NCBI GenBank assembly: GCA_045595825.1
Contig: JAZOBD010000047.1
Coordinates: 1,772-65,771 of the forward strand
DNA from: Acutalibacteraceae bacterium
GTDB lineage: Bacteria; Bacillota; Clostridia; Oscillospirales; Acutalibacteraceae
DNA: 64,000 bases
Reading direction: 5' to 3'
Part shown: positions 58,017 through 64,000 of the stretch, in pieces
Numbering within the stretch: the first letter of the stretch is position 1
Layout of the letters: each line of letters begins with the position of its first letter
The notes under the pieces: model-generated
Database searches by the model: none
What the model saw: only the letters and a program-made list of their open reading frames with translations
Told to the model about the DNA's origin: nothing
Made by a program: the position numbers and the translations under genes

Positions 58017-58557
58017 CTGCATATCCCTCCTTTTCCATTGCGATTTTTAAGGCTTGCTTTGCGCGGTAAGCAAGGTTTTCAATTTGTTTTTTGCTTTTTT
58101 TCATTACTTTTGCGGTGTCTTCGTTTGACATTTCTTCAAAATAGATAAGGTGTAAAACGGTTTTATAATCGTCGTTAAGGGTGTCAAGACAGCGGTGCAT
58201 TGCACGCAGCTTTTCCTGCTTTAAAAACTGTTCTTCGGTGCTTTGCGTGCCCGAAAGATTTTCAATTGTGCCGTAGTCTGTTTCGGGATGCCGTGCAAGT
58301 CGGCGCAAAGAATCAAGCGCTTTGTGGCGCGCGACGGCAAACAGGTATGTTTTGAAAGAGGCTTTGAAATTGTAGCGGTGCCTGTGCATAAGCACCTCAA
58401 CAAAAACATCCTCTGAAATATCCTCGGCAAGCGAGAGATTTTTAACATATCTGTTGATGAAAAATATTAAATTGTCGGCATAGAGGTCAACAATTTCCTC
58501 AAACGCCTTCCGGTCACCGTCAAGAAAACGGCGGTAAAGCAGGGTACCCTTATCCAT
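58000..58557 (-). CDS. ECF-type RNA polymerase sigma factor
   Basis: AEDISEDVF, FKTYLFAVARHKALD and YFEEMS.EDTA region 2/4 motifs. Confidence 0.92.
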   Translation of the reverse strand: MDKGTLLYRRFLDGDRKAFEEIVDLYADNLIFFINRYVKNLSLAEDISEDVFVEVLMHRHRYNFKASFKTYLFAVARHKALDSLRRLARHPETDYGTIENLSGTQSTEEQFLKQEKLRAMHRCLDTLNDDYKTVLHLIYFEEMSNEDTAKVMKKSKKQIENLAYRAKQALKIAMEKEGYADEKQR

Positions 58558-58588
58558 AAAAAAGCCTCCGCGTCAAGCTTTCATCTGT

Positions 58589-58616
58589 TAGTCGTATCAA
58601 CAGTAAAAAACACTCA
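58589..58616 (-). promoter_or_regulatory. Candidate autoregulatory ECF promoter
   Basis: Minus strand tgagtg-T tract-cgacta, about 30 nt upstream of the sigma ATG. Confidence 0.4.
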
Positions 58617-58660
58617 CCAAAAAATAAATATTTTCAATTAAATTTTAAACCCTGCCTCAA

Positions 58661-58694
58661 AAAAAGTCAACGGAGCCTCCGCAGAGACTCCGTT
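58661..58694 (-). terminator. Terminator downstream of mazF
   Basis: aacggagtctc-tgcg-gaggctccgtt then T7 on the minus strand. Confidence 0.7.
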
Positions 58695-58704
58695 ATAATG
58701 TAAG

Positions 58705-59058
58705 TTATACAAGTGCCGTAATACCCAAGCTGACCGAAAGCGCACGGTCAACACGTGTCATATCCGTGTCGTTGAGGTATCCCATTTTTTCTTTCAGCCG
58801 TTTTTTATCAAGCGTTCTTACCTGTTCAAGCAGTACAATGGAATCTTTGGCAAGACCGCAACCGTCTGCATTTACGCGGATGTGCGTGGGCATACTTGTT
58901 TTGTATTTCTGGCTTGTGATTGCAGCGGCAATCACGGTCGGGCTGAATTTGTTGCCGACGTCGTTTTGCACAATCAGCACGGGCCTTGTGCCGCCTTGCT
59001 CTGAGCCGACCACGGGGCTCAGGTCGGCGTAATAAATTTCTCCCCGTCTGACATTCAT
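58705..59058 (-). CDS. mazF: MazF/PemK (EndoA) endoribonuclease toxin
   Basis: [33 protein letters not shown]...AAITS...[10 protein letters not shown]. Confidence 0.93.
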   Translation of the reverse strand: MNVRRGEIYYADLSPVVGSEQGGTRPVLIVQNDVGNKFSPTVIAAAITSQKYKTSMPTHIRVNADGCGLAKDSIVLLEQVRTLDKKRLKEKMGYLNDTDMTRVDRALSVSLGITALV

Positions 59059-59182
59059 TTTATCACTCCCCGTGAATTTGTTTGCAAAAATATTTTTGAC
59101 AGTAAAAAGCAAAATAAACATACCTTTTTAAAAATCGGGGAGGAATTTTTAAAAGGCTTACAATGAATTATATTCAGCTTTT

Positions 59183-59217
59183 AAAAAAATGAAACGGAAG
59201 CACGCAGCTTCCGTTTC
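59183..59217 (-). terminator. Terminator separating acpS-nnr-lipoprotein from mazF
   Basis: gaaacggaagc-tgcgt-gcttccgtttc then T7 on the minus strand. Confidence 0.8.
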
Positions 59218-59221
59218 GCAG

Positions 59222-59731
59222 TTATGTAAAATTACTGAATGTTACTTCAAGACCGAGGCTTTCAACCGAAAGATTCTGCCATGCACCCGTGTCGGCTTTC
59301 TGCGTCAGCACAAATGCACCTGAGTCGGTGTTGCCCGTGTAAGTCCACACGCCGTCAGCACAGGTCGGTGTTAAGTTTGCCGTTGGCAGAGTGTCAAGAA
59401 TATCGGCAACAACACTGCAAAATGCGGTTTGCGGATAACGGCCGACGTCTGTTTCAAATCTCAGGTCGTTGTATGTGACGGTACAAAGACCGCCTTCAAA
59501 GCTGAGCATCATCGGTGCGAGAGCATCGGGTGTAAGCATGTCGAATATATAGCTTGCAAACGAATTCTGTCGCATGGTTGCCGTCATTTCGTTGCCGTTG
59601 TAGCTGACGGCAAGGTCAGCCGTGAAAGTGTCGGGGATTTTCGGCGGTGTGTTGCCGTTACTTTGAAATTCCTGCTTGCCGCAGCTGCAAAACAGCAGAA
59701 GGGCAATTAAAAGCACGGGAATTTTCTTCAA
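59222..59731 (-). CDS. Lipoprotein of unknown function (LolA-like position in the acpS-nnr locus)
   Basis: Lipobox LFCSC; beta-rich; position matches the usual Clostridial acpS-nnr-lipoprotein-alr order. Confidence 0.65.
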   Translation of the reverse strand: MKKIPVLLIALLLFCSCGKQEFQSNGNTPPKIPDTFTADLAVSYNGNEMTATMRQNSFASYIFDMLTPDALAPMMLSFEGGLCTVTYNDLRFETDVGRYPQTAFCSVVADILDTLPTANLTPTCADGVWTYTGNTDSGAFVLTQKADTGAWQNLSVESLGLEVTFSNFT

Positions 59732-59751
59732 TCAATCACCTGCAATCAGTT

Positions 59752-61287
59752 TCAGAAATTTGAAAGAAGCGCAGGTAATTCCGTGGCGAGGTCAGACGGC
59801 AGAATTCCTCTCGGCGAAAGCTTTTGTGCCGCCGCGTCGGCAACTTTTCCGTGCAGATAAACGGCAACCCTTGCGGCATTTACGGGTGAAACGCCCTGAG
59901 CGAGCAATGAAAGCATCATTCCTGCAAGCAGGTCGCCGCTTCCGCCCTTTGCAAGCGCGGTATTGCCCGTGACGTTGATATAAACGGGATGCTCGTCATC
60001 CGTATTGCAGACAACCGTATTTGCGCCTTTGAGCACAAGTGTTACGTCGTGTTTTTGCGAAAAATCTTTTGCAATGCCGATTGAGTCAGCAAGGATTTCT
60101 GCAATCTCTTTGCCGCAAAGTCTGCTCATTTCACCGGGGTGCGGTGTCAGAATTACGGGAGCTTTTGCTTCTTTCAATACATCTATATTTTTCGCAACAA
60201 GATTTATTCCGTCTGCATCAATAATTATCGGCTTTTCGCAATTTTTTATAATTTCATATACGATTTCGGCTGTGTCTGCGTTGACTCCGAGACCGCAACC
60301 GATGAGCACTGCGCTTGCTTTTTTTGTGCTTTCAAGCAGTGAGGGCAGTGCCGCAACGGCGAAAGTGCCCTGAGTATTTGAGGGCAGGGGAAGCATCAGC
60401 GGTTCTGTGAGTTTCGGTGCAATTGCCGGGTATGCAGCGTCGGGAAATGCGGCGGTTACAAGACCGGAACCCATTCTGAGTGCGCCGTTTGCCGCAAGCA
60501 CGGCGGCGCCCTGCATGTTTTTACTGCCGCATATACTCAGTGCATGACCGAAAGTGCCTTTATTTGAAACGGCAGGCCTCACGGGCAGAATTGCGGAAAT
60601 ATCACTGTCGTCATAGGTGACCAATGCATCTTTGCCGAGGCTTTCAAAATCGTTTTCGGTAATGCCGATGTCGGCGATTATCACTCTGCCGCAGGCGGAG
60701 TTTACGGGCTTTGAAATGTGAAGCTTTTTCAGTGCGGAAACGGCGATTGTTGTGTCCGCTTTTATATATGCTCCCGTTATTTGCGGCTCATCGCAATTGA
60801 TGCCCGAGGGTACGTCAATACTGATTGTTTCGCCGCTTGCCGCATTGATTTTTTCGCAAAGCTCAGCCAATCCGCCGTCAATTGCGCCGCTGAAACCGGT
60901 GCCGAAAATGCAGTCAACAATAATGTCGGCACTGTTGAGAATATCGGAATCAATATCCCTTTCAATAACGGTGATTTTCTTTGTGTCAAGCTGAGAAAAC
61001 ATATAAATCGCATCCTCTGCCTTCGGTGTGCCGAGAGCAAGTAAAACCGTCACTTTGCAGCCCGATTCACAGAGTTTGCGTGCAATTACAAATCCGTCAC
61101 CGCCGTTTTTTCCCTTGCCGCAAACGACAAGTACATTTTTGAGCTGGGTGCGGATACCGTATTCATCAATAATGATTTCAGCGCAAGCCGTGCCTGCATT
61201 TTCCATAAGCTGTGTGAATGAAATTCCGCGCTCAACCGCAGAGGCTTCTGCGGCAAACATCTGCTTTGATGTCAGAATATAATTCAT
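59752..61287 (-). CDS. nnr: Bifunctional NAD(P)HX epimerase/dehydratase (YjeF)
   Basis: LMENAG, GKGKNGGDG, DCIFGTG, NKGTFG, DADG, TPHPGEM and GGSGDLLAG. Confidence 0.93.
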   Translation of the reverse strand: MNYILTSKQMFAAEASAVERGISFTQLMENAGTACAEIIIDEYGIRTQLKNVLVVCGKGKNGGDGFVIARKLCESGCKVTVLLALGTPKAEDAIYMFSQLDTKKITVIERDIDSDILNSADIIVDCIFGTGFSGAIDGGLAELCEKINAASGETISIDVPSGINCDEPQITGAYIKADTTIAVSALKKLHISKPVNSACGRVIIADIGITENDFESLGKDALVTYDDSDISAILPVRPAVSNKGTFGHALSICGSKNMQGAAVLAANGALRMGSGLVTAAFPDAAYPAIAPKLTEPLMLPLPSNTQGTFAVAALPSLLESTKKASAVLIGCGLGVNADTAEIVYEIIKNCEKPIIIDADGINLVAKNIDVLKEAKAPVILTPHPGEMSRLCGKEIAEILADSIGIAKDFSQKHDVTLVLKGANTVVCNTDDEHPVYINVTGNTALAKGGSGDLLAGMMLSLLAQGVSPVNAARVAVYLHGKVADAAAQKLSPRGILPSDLATELPALLSNF

Positions 61288-61658
61288 CTTTTTTCCCTCT
61301 TGAATGCAATTACTGCCGCCGTGGCGGTTGTGTCGGTGTGCGTAAGACTGACGTCAAAATCAAGACCGTTTTCTTCGGAAATTTCCTTTGCCGAGCCCGA
61401 AAGTACAAGGTAAGGCTTGCCCTTTTCGTCGTTGAGCACCTGAATGTCTTTTAACGAAATGCCCGAAAGGCCCGTGCCGATTGCTTTCGAAAATGCTTCT
61501 TTTGCGGCAAAGCGTGCGGCAACGCTCTGGGCAGGTATGTCTTTTTCTTCAATCAAACGTTGCTCTTCTTCGCCCAGAATATATCCGAGAAAACGGGGAT
61601 TCTGCATTGATTTTTTTATTCTTGCAATCTCAACGCTGTCAATTCCGATTTTAAACAT
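61284..61658 (-). CDS. acpS: Holo-ACP synthase
   Basis: GIDSVEI, ARFAAKEAFSKA, GKP and VSLTH. Confidence 0.93.
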   Translation of the reverse strand: MFKIGIDSVEIARIKKSMQNPRFLGYILGEEEQRLIEEKDIPAQSVAARFAAKEAFSKAIGTGLSGISLKDIQVLNDEKGKPYLVLSGSAKEISEENGLDFDVSLTHTDTTATAAVIAFKREKR

Positions 61659-61757
61659 TTTTCATTCCTCCAGTGGTGTCTGCTGAAATTATAGCATCTG
61701 CCCGTGCACTTGTCCACCGATAAATTGTTTAAATATTAAAAAAATCCGTATTTACAC

Positions 61758-61786
61758 TTGAAAAAATAAAAAGGATGTGATAAACT
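61758..61786 (+). promoter_or_regulatory. SigA-type promoter of the pheST leader
   Basis: TTGAAA-17 nt-TAAACT with extended TG. Confidence 0.6.
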
Positions 61787-61799
61787 ACTTGCAATGTTA

Positions 61800-62066
61800 A
61801 ACGCGTTGACCAAGAGAGTAAGCAGATTCTTGGCGCACCCCAGAGAGGATATGCGTGGCTGAAACATATCCGTGCGTTGGTTTGCCGAAGTTCACTTGTT
61901 AGCGGTGCGGCTGAAGCTTTTTGTTGTAGGTCGCAACGGTTTGCAACCGTTACCGTGCAAAAAACGCCATCGTGCGTTTGTGAGTGTCTGCCCTTGCGGC
62001 AGGAATATGGGTGGTACCGCGGAGTCGTCTTCGTCCCAATCAGGAACGAAGACGTTTATTTTTTTA
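61800..62066 (+). promoter_or_regulatory. T-box riboswitch, specifier TTC (Phe)
   Basis: AGAGAG/GCTGAAA boxes, gaag-TTC-a-cttg at 61891-61893, aatatgggTGGTACCgcgg at 62004-62022, terminator cgtcttcgt/acgaagacg plus T tract. Confidence 0.93.
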
Positions 62067-62083
62067 TTCGGAGGTAGTTTGAA

Positions 62084-63148
62084 ATGCAAGAAAAAACCGC
62101 AAATCTCAAAAAACAGTTTGAGGAAAAAATCGCAGCTGCCGCTTCAACCGCTGAGGTTGAGCAGTTAAGAATTGAATTTATCGGTAAAAAAGGTTACGTT
62201 GCCGATCTTATGGGTCAGCTTCGCACAATCCCCAACGAAAGCAAAAAAGAAGCAGGTCAGCTTATCAATGAAGTAAAACAGTTTATTGAGGGTGCACTTG
62301 CCGCAAAGCTCAGCGAGCTTGCAAAGCTTGAAGAAGAGCGCCTTATCAACAGCACAGAGGCTTATGACGAGTCTTTCCCGAGCAACGTTGACTGTGGCTC
62401 ATATCACCCCATCACACTTGTTCAGCGTGAGGTTGAAAGCATTTTTGAAACAATGGGATTTGCCATTGAGGATTATTACGAGGTAACCGACGATTACAAT
62501 TGTTTCGAGGCTCTTAACATTCCCAAAAACCACCCTGCAAGAGATATGCAGGATACTTATTATCTGAGCACGGGTCAGCTTCTCAAAACTCACACATCCG
62601 CCGCACAGAACACAATTCTGCGCAAGTACGCCGCCGACCTTGAAAAGGGTCTGCCGCTTCGTGCGGTTTTCCCCAGCCGTTGTTTCAGAAATGAAAAAAT
62701 CGATGCCTGCCACGAAAACACCTTCTTCCAGATGGAAGGTATGATGGTTGATAAGAATATTTCGATTTCAAACCTCATTTACTTTATGAAAACAATGCTT
62801 TCCGAGGTTTTCCAGCGTGACGTCACCGTACGTCTGCGCCCCGGCTTCTTCCCCTTTGTTGAACCCGGCTTTGAGCTTGACATTCAGTGCCTTATCTGCC
62901 ACGGTGAGGGTTGCCCCTCCTGCAAAAACTCAGGCTGGCTTGAGCTTTGCCCCTGCGGTATGATTCACCCCAATGTGCTGACGGCGGGCGGCGTTGACCC
63001 CGAAAAGTATACAGGTTTCGCTTTCGGTCTGGGCCTGACAAGACTTGCAATGATGAGATACGGCATCAAGGATATCCGTGTTTTCAATTCCTGCAATCTT
63101 AAATCACTTTCACAGTTCAACAACAGAACCTTTACGGTTAATGAATAA
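62084..63148 (+). CDS. pheS: Phenylalanyl-tRNA synthetase alpha subunit
   Basis: HPIT, HPARDMQDT, KTHTS, FPFVEP and FAFGLGLTR. Confidence 0.96.
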   Translation: MQEKTANLKKQFEEKIAAAASTAEVEQLRIEFIGKKGYVADLMGQLRTIPNESKKEAGQLINEVKQFIEGALAAKLSELAKLEEERLINSTEAYDESFPSNVDCGSYHPITLVQREVESIFETMGFAIEDYYEVTDDYNCFEALNIPKNHPARDMQDTYYLSTGQLLKTHTSAAQNTILRKYAADLEKGLPLRAVFPSRCFRNEKIDACHENTFFQMEGMMVDKNISISNLIYFMKTMLSEVFQRDVTVRLRPGFFPFVEPGFELDIQCLICHGEGCPSCKNSGWLELCPCGMIHPNVLTAGGVDPEKYTGFAFGLGLTRLAMMRYGIKDIRVFNSCNLKSLSQFNNRTFTVNE

Positions 63149-63166
63149 GGGCGGGAGGTAAAAGAA

Positions 63167-64000
63167 ATGTTTGTATCAATTAACTGGATTAAAGAATACG
63201 TAAACCTCGACGGCTTTGATATTGACAAGCTTATCGGCAGTTTCACTCTTGCCACAGCTGAGGTTGAGGAAATTATTCACAAGGGCGACGACGTTCAGAA
63301 CGTTGTTGTCGGTGAGATTGTTTCAATTGAAAATCACCCTGACTCCAAGAAACTTCATCTTCTCAAGGTTGACGGCGGCGACAGACTTTATGACGTTGTC
63401 TGCGGTGCACCCAACGTTGCAATGAATATGAAGGTTGCTTTTGTCAAGGCAGGCGGCAGAGTACCCGCAGGCGAAATCACAAAGGCAAAAATTGCAGGCT
63501 ATGAATCCGAGGGTATGTGCTGTTCTGCATTTGAACTCGGTCTGAGCGATGATAAATCCGGCCTTATGCAGATTCGTGCCGATATTCCCAACGGCACCGA
63601 TCTTAAAGAAGTTTACCCGATTGATGACGTTATTTTTGAGGTTGACAACAAGTCCCTTACAAACCGCCCCGACCTGTGGGGTCACTACGGTATTGCCCGT
63701 GAATTTGCGGCACTTGCAGGCAGAGAGTTAAAGCCCCTCAACCTTGCCGACCTTGATTATGACGGCGATTACAAAGTTCCTGTAACCATTGAGCGCGAGG
63801 ATATGGCTTTCAGATATTCTTGCCTTAAAATGGATAATATCGGTGTTAATGTCAGCAATGAAGTTATGTCAACCCGTCTTTATTACTGCGGTATGCGTCC
63901 CATTAACCTGCTTGCCGACGTAACCAACTACATTATGCTTGAGGTCGGCCAGCCCACTCACGCATTTGACGCTACAAAAATCACCGATATTGTTGTAAAG
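63167..64000 (+). CDS. pheT: Phenylalanyl-tRNA synthetase beta subunit, 5' part (runs off the window)
   Basis: Manual translation MFVSINWIKEYV...HPDSKKL...VCGAPNV...SEGMCCS...TNRPDLWGHYGIARE; ggaggt RBS. Confidence 0.95.
   Translation, partial: MFVSINWIKEYVNLDGFDIDKLIGSFTLATAEVEEIIHKGDDVQNVVVGEIVSIENHPDSKKLHLLKVDGGDRLYDVVCGAPNVAMNMKVAFVKAGGRVPAGEITKAKIAGYESEGMCCSAFELGLSDDKSGLMQIRADIPNGTDLKEVYPIDDVIFEVDNKSLTNRPDLWGHYGIAREFAALAGRELKPLNLADLDYDGDYKVPVTIEREDMAFRYSCLKMDNIGVNVSNEVMSTRLYYCGMRPINLLADVTNYIMLEVGQPTHAFDATKITDIVVK

Noticed and set aside
61872-62168. ORFs of 65-98 aa upstream of pheS
   Set aside because: They fall within the Phe T-box leader, which explains the sequence.
1-64000. rRNA, tRNA, tmRNA, IS or prophage genes
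   Set aside because: No tRNA T-loop/cloverleaf, rRNA signature, transposase, integrase or phage structural motif was recognised by eye.

Overview
64-kb chromosomal window from an anaerobic, probably spore-forming Firmicute. It looks like Clostridia of the Oscillospiraceae/Acutalibacteraceae type; this is inferred from gene content, T-boxes, SLH and SPOCS-LysM genes. Housekeeping blocks are a polar amino acid ABC transporter, ppa, a purE-C-F-M-N-(PurO-like)-(AICARFT)-D-L-guaB operon, trxB, a MATE pump, acpS-nnr and T-box-controlled pheS-pheT. The accessory content is rich. (1) The main candidate novel system (39392-44057) is a RiPP-like cassette directly behind a 2347-aa vWA adhesin. It has a 78-aa Cys-rich precursor with a YxxP leader and C-terminal Ser, a lipoprotein, an HPr-kinase-like P-loop protein, a radical SAM/SPASM enzyme, a nucleotidyltransferase and an S24/S26 peptidase, but no lasso cyclase and no RRE in the window. 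(2) An Ile(AUC)-specifier T-box controls an XRE-cupin::acyl-CoA synthetase fusion, suggesting 2-methylbutyrate salvage for isoleucine. (3) Four unrelated secreted proteins end in amphipathic aromatic helices, a possible uncharacterised surface-anchoring signal. (4) An ECF sigma/anti-sigma/serpin/lipoprotein operon. (5) An intact MazF with no adjacent antitoxin. The left 2.8 kb looks like a decayed accessory segment. No rRNA, tRNA, CRISPR array or intact transposase was seen. All family assignments come from motif recognition by eye; no database searches were run.
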